DNA of 59,745 nucleotides from a virus (Duplodnaviria; Caudoviricetes): IMG/VR virus record IMGVR_UViG_3300017991_000121, positions 1 to 59,745 of that record; one strand, 5' to 3'. Shown piece by piece: positions 8,260 to 17,954 of this stretch (position 1 is its first letter; each line of letters starts with the position of its first letter). The notes under the pieces were generated by a model. It saw only the letters and a program-made list of their open reading frames with translations, ran no database searches and was not told where the DNA came from. The position numbers and the translations under genes were made by a program.

Positions 8260-9104
8260 GCCTGGTGCTGGACAAGATCGACCTGCGGACCACCGCCCCG
8301 TCCATCCTGGACCAGATCGGGGAGTGGAAGGCCACCCAGGCCAAGACCCTTCAGGGTCTACGCCCGTTCAGCGTGAGCGCCCGGAACGGTGACGTGCTCC
8401 CGGCTCCCGGGGAGGACAGGGACGGGGAGCCACTCCCCAACCCCGCAGGGGACAGCGTGTACTTCCTGGACCACCCCTCGGCCATCACCCTGGGCAACCC
8501 GGTGATGCGGCCCGGGACCTACGACGGCCAGCGCGTCCGGCTGAGCCCAACCCAGGCTGCGGTGGCCCTACCCCCGGGGTCCGCCCGTGGGGCCGGCGCG
8601 ACGGTGCTGGTGGCTCCTGGCGGGGACGTGACCCTCCTGTGGGACCAGACCCGGGGGGAGTGGGTTCTGTCTGGGGGCGCCGGGACAGGAGGAGGGGGAC
8701 TCACCCCCGTCACCCGGGTGGCCGCGGTTGCTATCGCCGCGGGGGACGTGGTGGCTTTGGACACGGTGGTAGGCCAGGTGCGCCCTGCGGACGCCACCTT
8801 CGCTAGCGGCCTGTGGCAGCCCGCGGGAATCGCAGCGGTGGGTGCCTTGGCAGGTGCCGCCGTCCTGGTCCATGAGGTTCACGCCCAGGTGGTCCCTGCC
8901 AGGTTCGCCGCCGCGCCGCCGGCGTCTTCCCAGCGGCGACCAGTGTTCCTGGACGACACACCGGGGCAGGTGACCCTTACGCCGCCGGACGTTTCTTCCG
9001 CTGGTCGCGTGCGGTACTTGGTAGGTATCCTCCAAGGCGCGGACGGATTGTCCGCCACGCCGCCGATCCTGTATCAGCCCCAGTACATCAGCCGCCGCCC
9101 GTAG
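8256..9104 (+). CDS. putative capsid fibre/decoration protein with DUF2190-like C-terminal domain
   Basis: AIAAGDVVAL...AGIA...PVFL...GQVTLTPP motif; C-terminus paralogous to the next gene. Confidence 0.55.
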   Translation: MSLVLDKIDLRTTAPSILDQIGEWKATQAKTLQGLRPFSVSARNGDVLPAPGEDRDGEPLPNPAGDSVYFLDHPSAITLGNPVMRPGTYDGQRVRLSPTQAAVALPPGSARGAGATVLVAPGGDVTLLWDQTRGEWVLSGGAGTGGGGLTPVTRVAAVAIAAGDVVALDTVVGQVRPADATFASGLWQPAGIAAVGALAGAAVLVHEVHAQVVPARFAAAPPASSQRRPVFLDDTPGQVTLTPPDVSSAGRVRYLVGILQGADGLSATPPILYQPQYISRRP

Positions 9105-9114
9105 GAGACACACC

Positions 9115-11220
9115 ATGGCCGCCCTCACAGACGCAGTTCAGATTCTCGACCCCGCCGACCCGTTCCTCACGCGGGTTCTCGATCCTTCGGCGGACACCCT
9201 GGAGTTGAACGTCCCCTTGACGCTCAACCGGGACACCACGATCAACGCCAACCTGACCATCAACGGCACCCTCACGGCCACCGACGAGGAGCGCGTGCTG
9301 ATCCAGGACGGCTACCCATACCTCAACAATGGGTACACCAACCCGGTGGCCAAGACTGGCGGCCTGGTGGTCAACGTCCTGCCGAGCGTCACCAGTGACA
9401 CCGTGAACGGCGCGTTTGTGGCGGGCGTGCTAGCCACTAGCAACCCCGTGGTGACCACCGCAGGGAGCAACACGTTCTCGACGGGGGACTTCATCCAGAT
9501 CAGCGGCGCGGCGGATCCCGGCAACGACGGGCTGTATGAGGTGCTGTCCCACGTGGGGACCGCCCTGGAGATCCGCGGCGTGGGGGTCACCGCCGCCCAA
9601 GAGAGCTTCACGCAGACGGACTTCACGGCCGACGCCACGGCGCAGGGCACGATCACCAAGCTGGACACGGTGTCGATCCTGCGGGCCAACGCCAGCGGCG
9701 TGTGGGAGTCCGCGGCCGGCGGATCCAGCCCTACGGGCACCCCCCTCACCTTCACCGCCCTTGGCGGCGGCGCGGCGGGCTTGGACCCCAACTACCAGGC
9801 AGGCAACACGATCACCACCGACGCGGCGAACGGCTCGGTCACCATCGGCGGCACCGAGGCGTTCATCATCACCGCCACCGGCGGCCTGAACGTGGACACG
9901 GTGGCCGACTTCGACGTGTCGGTGTTCGACGTGCAGATGACCGGGGCCAATGGGTTCTCGATCGACGGCACGGCGGCAAGCAACCTGTCGGTGGCCAACG
10001 GCAACCTCACCCTGGCGGCCACGGGCGCGGGTTCCGACGTGATCCTGTCCGCTGCCGACTTGGTGGACATCGACGGGACCACCCTGGACCTGGACGCGAG
10101 CGGGGCGGCCACCTTGGACGCGGGTACCACCCTGGGCCTGACCGGCGGCACCGGAGCGACAATGACCGCCACGGCGGGGCAGGCCCAGATCACCGCCCCG
10201 GCGGGCGAGGTGGACATCACGGCGAACACCGTCGTGGACATCAACGGCGCCACCCTGGACGTGGACACCACGGGCGATGCCGCGATCACGAGCGGCGCCA
10301 CCCTGGACTTGGACGGCGCCACGGTGGACATGGACTCCACCGCCGCCACGACCATCGACGCGGGCACCACCCTCGGGCTCACCGGCGCCACGGGTGCCAC
10401 CCTGTCGGCCACCGCCAACAACGCCACGGTGCAGGCCCCCGGCGGCAATGTGGTCCTCAACGCCAACGCGGTGGTGGACATCGACGGGGCCTCCCTGGAC
10501 GCCGACATCACCGGCGCCGCGGAGATCGACGCCCAGTCCTTGTCCCTGGACGCCACCGCGTCGAGCAACCTAACGGTCGCCGGCAACAGCGGCTCTGCCA
10601 CGGACCTCACCCTGTCGGCCACCAACGCCGGCGCGGGTACGGGCAACGTCCTAGTGGCGGCCGACGACGAGATCGACCTGACCAGCACCACGCTGGACAT
10701 GAACGTGGCCACCGGACAGGCCGCCGCGGCCACTCTGTCGGCGGGTGGTACGGACTTCTTCACCGCGGACAGCACCAGCGGCGCCGAGCAGTTGGTCACT
10801 GGGACGTTCCTCAACGTCCAGGGCACCGCGGGGGTCCGCCTCACCGCTACCCCGGCCGTGACCGCGGGTGACGTTCTCACCCTCAACGCCTCCGGGGAGG
10901 TGGAGCAGGCCGACGCGAGCGCGGCGGCACTGGATGGTCTGTCCGTGGGGATCGCCCTTCGATCGGCAGGCGCCGGCGCCGACGTGGACGTGGTCACCGT
11001 GCCGGGCTGCCTGGTGCCGGTTCGGTTCGCGGTGGCGCCCGCAGGGGCGAACAACCGGCGGCCGGTGTACGTGAGTGGCACTCCGGGGTTGGCCACCCTT
11101 ACCCCGCCCACGGGGAGTGGCACCACCCGGTTCCTCCTGGGTTACCTCCAAGGCGCGGACGGTGTCACCACCACGCCGACCATCATCTACCAGCCGCAGT
11201 ACCTCTCGCGCACGCCATAA
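9115..11220 (+). CDS. long fibre protein (beta-repeat shaft, DUF2190-like C-terminus)
   Basis: 701 aa, T/A/G/D-rich with short beta repeats and an 80-aa duplication; AGGAG RBS. Confidence 0.7.
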   Translation: MAALTDAVQILDPADPFLTRVLDPSADTLELNVPLTLNRDTTINANLTINGTLTATDEERVLIQDGYPYLNNGYTNPVAKTGGLVVNVLPSVTSDTVNGAFVAGVLATSNPVVTTAGSNTFSTGDFIQISGAADPGNDGLYEVLSHVGTALEIRGVGVTAAQESFTQTDFTADATAQGTITKLDTVSILRANASGVWESAAGGSSPTGTPLTFTALGGGAAGLDPNYQAGNTITTDAANGSVTIGGTEAFIITATGGLNVDTVADFDVSVFDVQMTGANGFSIDGTAASNLSVANGNLTLAATGAGSDVILSAADLVDIDGTTLDLDASGAATLDAGTTLGLTGGTGATMTATAGQAQITAPAGEVDITANTVVDINGATLDVDTTGDAAITSGATLDLDGATVDMDSTAATTIDAGTTLGLTGATGATLSATANNATVQAPGGNVVLNANAVVDIDGASLDADITGAAEIDAQSLSLDATASSNLTVAGNSGSATDLTLSATNAGAGTGNVLVAADDEIDLTSTTLDMNVATGQAAAATLSAGGTDFFTADSTSGAEQLVTGTFLNVQGTAGVRLTATPAVTAGDVLTLNASGEVEQADASAAALDGLSVGIALRSAGAGADVDVVTVPGCLVPVRFAVAPAGANNRRPVYVSGTPGLATLTPPTGSGTTRFLLGYLQGADGVTTTPTIIYQPQYLSRTP

Positions 11221-11229
11221 GGAGCGGTC

Positions 11230-11889
11230 GTGCCCGACCGTCGCCTGATCTACACGGACCCTGCCACGGGGTTGCCCATCGAGATCCTCTCGGAGATCGA
11301 GGTGTGGGGATTCGGCACCCTCGCCCAGCGGCCCGCCGCGGGCAGCGAGCCAGGCGATCTGTTCTGGCTGATCGACGGCGGCGCCGTGCGTCCCCAGGTG
11401 TGGGATGGCGGCGCGTGGTTGGAGATCTCGGCGTCTCCGTTCGGTTCGGCCGGCGGCGCCCTGTCCGGCAACTACCCCGCGCCTACCCTCAACGAGGCGG
11501 CGGTGCCGGGGGCGGTGTTCGGCAAGGAGATCCACCGGGCCTCCCGCCTGGACGACCTGTTCACCACGGGCACCACGTTCGTGGACCACCTGGACTTCGA
11601 CTTCACGGTGGCCGAGGCGGGGCAGTTTCTGATCCTGGCCCAGATCACCGTGGGGGGCGACAACAACCAAACCCGGGTGGAGGGGCTGATCAGCCTGGAC
11701 GGTATCCCCTTCGCCGGCGGTGCAGTCCGCCCCGGCGCGGGGGCCTTGGGGGAGGTGACGTACACCGAGATCCTGGACGTGGCCCTGGCCGTGGGTCCCC
11801 ACAACCTCCTGTCCCAGTTCCGCCGCGTGACTGGTGCGGGGACGGCTTCGTGCCTGCGCTCGCGGTTCTTCCTGTGGAGGGCTGACTGA
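11230..11889 (+). CDS. putative fibre-associated protein
   Basis: GTLAQRPAAG, VWDGGAW, AGGALSGNYPAPT motifs typical of fibre proteins; beta-sandwich-like C-terminus. Confidence 0.55.
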   Translation: MPDRRLIYTDPATGLPIEILSEIEVWGFGTLAQRPAAGSEPGDLFWLIDGGAVRPQVWDGGAWLEISASPFGSAGGALSGNYPAPTLNEAAVPGAVFGKEIHRASRLDDLFTTGTTFVDHLDFDFTVAEAGQFLILAQITVGGDNNQTRVEGLISLDGIPFAGGAVRPGAGALGEVTYTEILDVALAVGPHNLLSQFRRVTGAGTASCLRSRFFLWRAD

Positions 11890-13229
11890 TGGCCATGGAA
11901 TGGAACCCCGAAGGCACCGTGCTCACGTTCTCGATTGCGGCGGACACCAAGTTCGCCCGACTGGACCCCGCCTCGTTGGACGACGCCCTGCGGGGGCTTG
12001 CGGTCACCAAGGCTCTGGACGGGGTGTCCGGTGGGAGCACCAACGACGTGGGGACGATCACCTACCGCGCCGAAGTGCCACCCGCTGAGCGGATCCTTGT
12101 CCAGCAGGTAGTCAACGACCACACTGGGATCCCGGCGGTGTCGGCCGAGCCGGACGTGGTCAACGGTAAGCTACGGGTGGAGGTCCGGCCGCGGGACGGG
12201 ACCAGTTACGAGGACTACTCCGTCAACTGGACGGACCCCACCACGTGGCACACGGACAGCGTGCGCCACACCGCACACGTGCCAGCCGACCAGGGTGGCG
12301 GGGTGTACCGGATCACCGGAGTCACCTACGGGGTGGTGGACGTAACCCATGGCAAGATCACGCAGGAGCGTCGCCTGGCGGACATGCGCCTGCGTGTGTA
12401 CGTGGACGGGGTGGAGGTGCCCGAGGAGGAGTTCGGGTGGGCGGACTACGAGGCCGACCCCCACGTGCTCCCGGACGGGTCCACTCGGCCCAACCCGTTC
12501 GCCGCGGGTGACTGGACTTGCGACTACGCCACCGGCACGATCACCTTCAAGTCCCCACCGGCAGGGGTGGTCACATGCGACTGGAGCGACGCGGTGTCCA
12601 GCGCCTGGTACATCACACCGGATGTCGGTCACCAGTTGCACCTGCTCGCGGTGGAGATCAACGCGTCGATGGACGTGGTGATGCGGGACTCGGTGTGTTT
12701 CGTGCCGCAGATCTTGGCGGCGGCCGCTGCTGCGATCGGGGAGTTGGACCAGGAGGCCGCGGCCATAGGGATCACACCGGCTGCCATGGCAGGGCTGGGA
12801 CTCACTGGTCTGCCCGGGACCATGATCTTGGCCAGCCGGGAGGCCGACGCCGCACCGTTCTACGCGGCCGCAGCCGCGTCCCAGGGGGTCACGGTGGAGC
12901 AGTTCAAGGCCGGGGTGGGCCTCCCCCTCCAGGACGACGCGTACTTGGACGTGAGCGCGGATATTCACGAGTACAAGGTGGTGCGGGACTTCATCGTGGA
13001 GAGCCAGCGCGCCTACCCGTTGATGGCCAAGGTGGGCGGCGCCAACAGCCGCGGCATGACCGTGGACTGGTTCACTTGGCGGTGGCCCTACGAGGAGGCC
13101 GCGGCGCGCCTGCTGGTGGGAGCCAACGGCACACGGGTCAAGATCCATTTGCGGCACGACATCCCCTACGGTGGGGAGTACGCCAACGCGTCGGTGTACG
13201 CGATCGATGAAAACGGGGCGGGCCAGTGA
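11889..13229 (+). CDS. putative virion structural protein
   Basis: 446 aa; DWTCDYATGTITFKSPP resembles virion beta domains. Confidence 0.6.
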   Translation: MAMEWNPEGTVLTFSIAADTKFARLDPASLDDALRGLAVTKALDGVSGGSTNDVGTITYRAEVPPAERILVQQVVNDHTGIPAVSAEPDVVNGKLRVEVRPRDGTSYEDYSVNWTDPTTWHTDSVRHTAHVPADQGGGVYRITGVTYGVVDVTHGKITQERRLADMRLRVYVDGVEVPEEEFGWADYEADPHVLPDGSTRPNPFAAGDWTCDYATGTITFKSPPAGVVTCDWSDAVSSAWYITPDVGHQLHLLAVEINASMDVVMRDSVCFVPQILAAAAAAIGELDQEAAAIGITPAAMAGLGLTGLPGTMILASREADAAPFYAAAAASQGVTVEQFKAGVGLPLQDDAYLDVSADIHEYKVVRDFIVESQRAYPLMAKVGGANSRGMTVDWFTWRWPYEEAAARLLVGANGTRVKIHLRHDIPYGGEYANASVYAIDENGAGQ

Positions 13230-13531
13230 GCACCTGGCGTGACCGCCGAGCCGCCGACCGCCGTCTGTGCAGGATCGCGTGGTCCATCGCGCGGGACCGG
13301 AAGCAGTCCCGGTCCACTCGTCGTGCAGCCCGGAAGGTATGGGCTGTGTTCGCCCTGCGGGTTGCGCTGGGGTGGCACGCCAAGCCCACCAAGGCACTGG
13401 AGGCGTTGGTGGGTTCTTTCCGGCACGGGGAATACTGCGGGGTGGGCCACGGCCTACCAGACGGGGAGTCCGCCGACCCGGTGGATGCCCTGGACGCCGC
13501 GTGCCAGGATCACGATCAGGCATACGGGTAG
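13226..13531 (+). CDS. phospholipase A2-like protein, apparently circularly permuted
   Basis: HGEYCGVG Ca-loop and PVDALDAACQDHDQAY catalytic helix at the C-terminus; RRAADRRL helix at the N-terminus; GTGA-coupled start. Confidence 0.7.
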   Translation: MSTWRDRRAADRRLCRIAWSIARDRKQSRSTRRAARKVWAVFALRVALGWHAKPTKALEALVGSFRHGEYCGVGHGLPDGESADPVDALDAACQDHDQAYG

Positions 13532-13606
13532 GGGAGGGCGCTCCAAACACCCTTGCCTTTTGCGCGGCCGTAGCGCTAGTCTTGCCCCCGCCAGGAGGAC
13601 TCCGAC

Positions 13607-14404
13607 ATGACCAACCCGACTCACGCCACGCCAAGCAACCCCGCACCCCTGCCCGCCACCGAACCCGGCGCTGGGGAGAGCGGGCACGCACCGGGTGCGC
13701 CGCAGTCCCAGCCGGGACCCACCCCTACTCCCCCCACTGGTCCAGCCCCCGAGAGCGCGACCCCACCTGCTCCGTCGCCGGAACCTGCACCTGCCCCCAC
13801 CCCGCGCACCCCCCCGGTGAGCGAACTGCTCCAGACCCCGGAGATCCAGGCGGAGATCGCCAAGGCTGCCAAGAAGGCCGCCAAGGAAGCCCGGGAGGCC
13901 GAAGCTGAAGCGGCACGCGTGGCGGCCGAACGGGCCAAGATGGACGAGGTGGAACGGCTCAAGGCGGAGAAGGCCGACCTGGAAGCTCGCGCCACCAAGG
14001 CCGAGGCCACCGCTACCGAGGCGGCCATGGAACGAGACCTGGCCAACGTCCTGGTGAGCGAGGGGACTCAACTCCAGGACGCCAAGGCGGTGGAGTACCT
14101 TCGGTACCAGGCGTTCAAGGCCTGCGCCGACGACGACGGCCTGTCCATGAGCGCCGCCGTCAAGAAGGTGCTCGCGGACAGCCCGTGGCTGGTGAAAACC
14201 GCCGCGACCCCCGCCAGCGCCCCCGCGCCCGATCCCACGCCGGCACCCCCGGCGCCCGTGCCTGCCCCTTCAACGGCGCCCAGCGCCCCAAAGCCGACTG
14301 CTACGCCGGCCGCGGGGGAAAAGCCGTCCCAGGGGGTTGACACCATGAAAATGAGCCGCGCAGAGTATGAGGAGTACAAGCGGAGGCAACACAACCTCCA
14401 CTAG
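13607..14404 (+). CDS. head scaffolding protein
   Basis: Pro-rich ends, central coiled coil, C-terminal MSRAEYEEYKRR helix; directly upstream of the capsid gene; AGGAGG RBS. Confidence 0.8.
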   Translation: MTNPTHATPSNPAPLPATEPGAGESGHAPGAPQSQPGPTPTPPTGPAPESATPPAPSPEPAPAPTPRTPPVSELLQTPEIQAEIAKAAKKAAKEAREAEAEAARVAAERAKMDEVERLKAEKADLEARATKAEATATEAAMERDLANVLVSEGTQLQDAKAVEYLRYQAFKACADDDGLSMSAAVKKVLADSPWLVKTAATPASAPAPDPTPAPPAPVPAPSTAPSAPKPTATPAAGEKPSQGVDTMKMSRAEYEEYKRRQHNLH

Positions 14405-14466
14405 CGGCCCCACCCAGGGGCACTCAACCGCCCCGCGCGAACGACTGACACAAGGAGACACACACC

Positions 14467-15882
14467 ATGGCCGCCGGACTCGGATCCATTCTTCCGCCCC
14501 TCGCTTTCCTCGACCCCATCGTGCAGGACAACACCCTGGCGCGCGAGTTTCGGGACGCTCTGTTCCCGCAGCTCCTGTTCCGCGAGGAAGCCATGCCCGA
14601 GAAGTGGGAGATCAACGTGGGCGATTCGCAGATCTTCACCCGGAGCAGCTTGCTGCCCCCGGCCGTGAAGCCGCTCACCCCCGGGACGGATCCCACGCCC
14701 AAGCAGCCGTCGTTCGAACAGTGGAGCGTCCGCGCCGAGCAGTACGGCGACTCGATGGACACCCACATGCCGTCGAGCCGCACCAGCCTGGCGCCGATCT
14801 TCGCTCGCAACGCCAAGACCCTGGGCCTCCAGGCTGGCCAGAGCCTCAACCGGGTGGCCCGTAACCGCCTGTTCTGCGCCTACACCGGCGGGGACACGGT
14901 GACCGACAATGCCGGTGCACCTTCCGCCACCCTCGTGGTCGCGAGCCTCAACGGGTTCACCACCACGATCGTCAACGGCCAGGAGGTCCCGATCAGCGGC
15001 GGCAACCCCAAGGTGGTGCGGATCAGCGGCGTGGCGGGAACCCACAACGTGATCGCGGCCGCCCCCGCCGATCCCAACAACCCCTTCGGCCCGGGTACCC
15101 TCACCCTGGCCGCGGCCACCACGTTCCTGGCAGGCGCTCGCGTCCTGGCCGTGGACGCTCCCCGGATCATCCGGGTGGGTGGTGCCGCCACCGTGGACGG
15201 CCTCACCGCCGTGTCGGCTCTTTCCCTCAAGGAGATCCGCCAGGCCATTGCCATCCTCCGGCGCAACCGGGTGCCCACCCACGCGGACGGGTACTACCAC
15301 GTCCACCTGGACCCGGTGGCCGAGTCGCAGATCTACAACGACAACGAGTTCCAGCGCCTCAACCAGGGGGTGCCGGACGGTCTGCGCTACGCCGAGTTCG
15401 CCATCGGGCGCCTCCTGGGTGCGATCTTCTTCACCAACAACGAGAGCCCCAACGTGTTCAACAGCGACCCCCTCCAGGGCGCTGGTCTGGTGGGGAGCCG
15501 CCCCCTGTCCGCGGGTTCGGCTCTGGCCAGCCCCGAGCACTACGGCGAGGTCCGCAACGCCGCGGGCGTGGGCGTGATCCGCACGATCATCACCGGCGGC
15601 GGCTCCATCATGGAGAAGTGGATCGATGAGGAGAGCGACTACCTCACCGAGGCCGGGTACGTGGGCAAGGTGGGCCAGTTCTCGGTGGTCAACAACGGGA
15701 TCCAGATCAGCACCGAGCGGATCCGGTACATCATCCGCGCCCCGCAGGACCGCCTCCAGCAGCAGGTCTCCCAGTCCTGGTCCTGGAGTGGTGACTGGGG
15801 CGTCCCCACGGACCTGCTCGGCGGCCAGACCGGCGGCCGGTACAAGCGGGCCATCGTGATCGAGAGCGGGTCGGAGGACTAG
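14467..15882 (+). CDS. major capsid protein (N4-gp56-like, HK97 fold)
   Basis: EQYGDSMDT and IRQAIAILRRNRVP...GYYHVHLDP motifs; follows the scaffold; strong codon bias. Confidence 0.85.
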   Translation: MAAGLGSILPPLAFLDPIVQDNTLAREFRDALFPQLLFREEAMPEKWEINVGDSQIFTRSSLLPPAVKPLTPGTDPTPKQPSFEQWSVRAEQYGDSMDTHMPSSRTSLAPIFARNAKTLGLQAGQSLNRVARNRLFCAYTGGDTVTDNAGAPSATLVVASLNGFTTTIVNGQEVPISGGNPKVVRISGVAGTHNVIAAAPADPNNPFGPGTLTLAAATTFLAGARVLAVDAPRIIRVGGAATVDGLTAVSALSLKEIRQAIAILRRNRVPTHADGYYHVHLDPVAESQIYNDNEFQRLNQGVPDGLRYAEFAIGRLLGAIFFTNNESPNVFNSDPLQGAGLVGSRPLSAGSALASPEHYGEVRNAAGVGVIRTIITGGGSIMEKWIDEESDYLTEAGYVGKVGQFSVVNNGIQISTERIRYIIRAPQDRLQQQVSQSWSWSGDWGVPTDLLGGQTGGRYKRAIVIESGSED

Positions 15883-15904
15883 TCCTCAACCCCTGATCGA
15901 CCCC

Positions 15905-15935
15905 AGCCCCGTAGCGGTTCGCCGCACGGGGCTTT
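15905..15935 (+). terminator. hairpin after the capsid gene (weak terminator or mRNA stabiliser)
   Basis: AGCCCCGT-A-GCGG-TTCG-CCGC-ACGGGGCT followed by only a short T run. Confidence 0.5.
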
Positions 15936-15973
15936 GGGGGTAGAACCCCCACCCTCCCGCAGGAGACAGAGAC

Positions 15974-16399
15974 ATGGCCAACCCGCGCAGCGCACAGATC
16001 GACAAGCACTCCCCCACGGACTACCTGGACCAGCTTCGGGTCATCGCCCCCGCGCTCCGTTCCGCGCTGGAGTCCAACCTTCCCCCCGTGGCCCGCGACG
16101 CCAATGTGACCGCCGTGGCCGTGGCCGCCGACACGACCGGCGCCCTGGGTGACGCCGCCGCCAAGACCGGGTTCGCCGGCGAGGTGGTCCGGGTCAACGT
16201 CACCGCTGGTGGCGCCCCCGGTGACAAGACCATCGTGGCTGGCGCTCCCGCGGCCGGCGAGGCGCAGGTTGCCTACGACGCCAACGGGATCCCCACCGTC
16301 AACTTCAACGCCGCCGACGCGGTGACGGAGTGCGAGATGGTGGCCAACCTCCTCCCCCCCAACTTCAAGGCCCTCATGGCCGAGGAGGCGGGGCCCTAA
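15974..16399 (+). CDS. putative head decoration/minor capsid protein
   Basis: 141 aa, Ala/Gly/Val-rich, directly after the capsid gene, AGGAG RBS. Confidence 0.6.
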   Translation: MANPRSAQIDKHSPTDYLDQLRVIAPALRSALESNLPPVARDANVTAVAVAADTTGALGDAAAKTGFAGEVVRVNVTAGGAPGDKTIVAGAPAAGEAQVAYDANGIPTVNFNAADAVTECEMVANLLPPNFKALMAEEAGP

Positions 16400-16462
16400 G
16401 CCTCGCCGCCGCGGCTCTCACCTCACCGGGTGTGGTAGGGTTCAACCCGGAGGAACACGCAG

Positions 16463-16666
16463 ATGCCCAAGAAGCAGCCCGTCCACAAGACCAACAGCCT
16501 GTGCCGCAACGAGTGTGGCCCGTCCGCGCCGGGGGGCACTTCCCTGGGCAGCGTCCTTCCCCAGAAGGGGAGCAACACCGCCCCCAAGGGGGAGAAGCAC
16601 CCAGGCCAAGGTCACGCGGCGGCCACCGGTCCCATGAAGGCCGGGGGCGGCTCCACCGAGCAGTAG
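16463..16666 (+). CDS. small low-complexity protein
   Basis: GGAGG RBS, 67 aa. Confidence 0.55.
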   Translation: MPKKQPVHKTNSLCRNECGPSAPGGTSLGSVLPQKGSNTAPKGEKHPGQGHAAATGPMKAGGGSTEQ

Positions 16667-16692
16667 GCTCCTCGCCCTTCCCTCCTTCAGAC

Positions 16693-16732
16693 CGAGCCCC
16701 CGCCACGCCCCGCGTGCCGGGGGCTTCGTTTT
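16693..16732 (+). terminator. intrinsic terminator
   Basis: GC-rich stem (GAGCCCCCG...CGGGGGCTTC) followed by TTTT. Confidence 0.6.
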
Positions 16733-16764
16733 CCTGGTAGACTGTGCGCGCCAGGAGGACACCA

Positions 16765-17313
16765 ATGCCCAACGACCCCAAGACCAGCAAGCCCGCCCCT
16801 CTCAAGGAGCAGGTGGCAGAACTCCGAACCGCCATGGACGCCAAGGACACCGAACTGGCCGCGCTCCGCGACCAAGTGACCACCCTGACCAGCAAGGTGG
16901 AGCACCTCACCAACGTGGTGACGGCCAACTCCACCCGCCTGGAGATCATGGAGGTGGCGGCTCCCGCGGAACTCCGCGCCCTCAACGCCGACGCCTTGGC
17001 GGGGATGGTCCAGGACAACCCCTATGCCCGCCTGGAGATCCTGGAGGACTGGGCCAAGAGCGCCAACAGCCAGTTCCGCAAGGGGGCAATCGTCCGCGCG
17101 GACCACGTGCCCCACCTCGTGGACTACGTGCGCCACGGACTCAAGGTGGGGATCCCCCAGGACCAGGCGGCCCAGATCGCCAAGCTCAAGGCCGAGCACG
17201 CCGCTCGGCTCGCGGCCGCCGAGGCCGAGGGACAGTTGGCCAAGGCGCAGATCGAGAGCGCCGAGGCCCGGATGGCCGCTGCACGAGCCGAGGCAATCGC
17301 CGCAGGAGGGTAA
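16765..17313 (+). CDS. coiled-coil hypothetical protein of the head module
   Basis: AGGAGG RBS; MPNDPKTSK... Confidence 0.7.
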   Translation: MPNDPKTSKPAPLKEQVAELRTAMDAKDTELAALRDQVTTLTSKVEHLTNVVTANSTRLEIMEVAAPAELRALNADALAGMVQDNPYARLEILEDWAKSANSQFRKGAIVRADHVPHLVDYVRHGLKVGIPQDQAAQIAKLKAEHAARLAAAEAEGQLAKAQIESAEARMAAARAEAIAAGG

Positions 17314-17316
17314 CCC

Positions 17317-17721
17317 ATGGCACTCACCCAGGAAGAACGCGCACGGACCCGGTATCACCTGGGGTTCCCCAACATCGCCGCCGGCGCGGCGCTGGCCCTG
17401 GGGTTCCCCGCGGCCGGGCATCCCGCGTACCTCCTGGAGGCCGCCATGAACGACATCGTCCCGGAGGCCGAGCCCAAGTTCAGGGAGGTGCTCCATCAAT
17501 GCGAGTGCATTGAGCGCCAGATCATGGACGCCAAGAAGCGCCTCCAGGCGGTGTCGGTGGGCGGGGTGATCCTCCGGGGGCCGGAGGAGCTTGAGGCCCT
17601 GGAGGACCAGTACGACTACTGGACCGACGCCCTCGTGGACATCTTCGGCGTCAACAAAAACCCGTTCAGCAAAAAGCACCAGCGCGTCGGCGGCGAGTAC
17701 GTCGTCATCAACCCATCGTAG
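17317..17721 (+). CDS. putative head-tail adaptor
   Basis: MALTQEERARTRYHLG start, helical, located after head genes. Confidence 0.55.
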   Translation: MALTQEERARTRYHLGFPNIAAGAALALGFPAAGHPAYLLEAAMNDIVPEAEPKFREVLHQCECIERQIMDAKKRLQAVSVGGVILRGPEELEALEDQYDYWTDALVDIFGVNKNPFSKKHQRVGGEYVVINPS

Positions 17722-17730
17722 GAGAACCCC

Positions 17731-17952
17731 GTGCCCGTCAACACCAACTGCATCATCCGCACCAAGGGCGCGCCCGATCCCGCGCCCGCCACCGACGATC
17801 CGCCGCCGCGGCCGTACCCGGAGGGGGACCCCTCCGAGGACTGGAAGCGGGTGGAACTGGACGCGTGGTGCCAGGACAACGGGGTCGCGGACTACCAGGA
17901 CGCCCGCACCAAGGCGGACGTGATGGACCTGATCGACGGGACGCGTGACTGA
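17731..17952 (+). CDS. HeH/Rho-N-like small protein
   Basis: WKRVELDAWCQDNGV...TKADVMDLI matches the helix-extension-helix pattern common in head modules. Confidence 0.55.
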   Translation: MPVNTNCIIRTKGAPDPAPATDDPPPRPYPEGDPSEDWKRVELDAWCQDNGVADYQDARTKADVMDLIDGTRD

Positions 17953-17954
17953 TC

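Noticed and set aside
13532-13573. Stop-codon readthrough to complete the PLA2 in normal order
   Set aside because: The in-frame extension (GRALQTPLPFARP) has no Asp and hits another TAG; TAG is a normal stop elsewhere in the window
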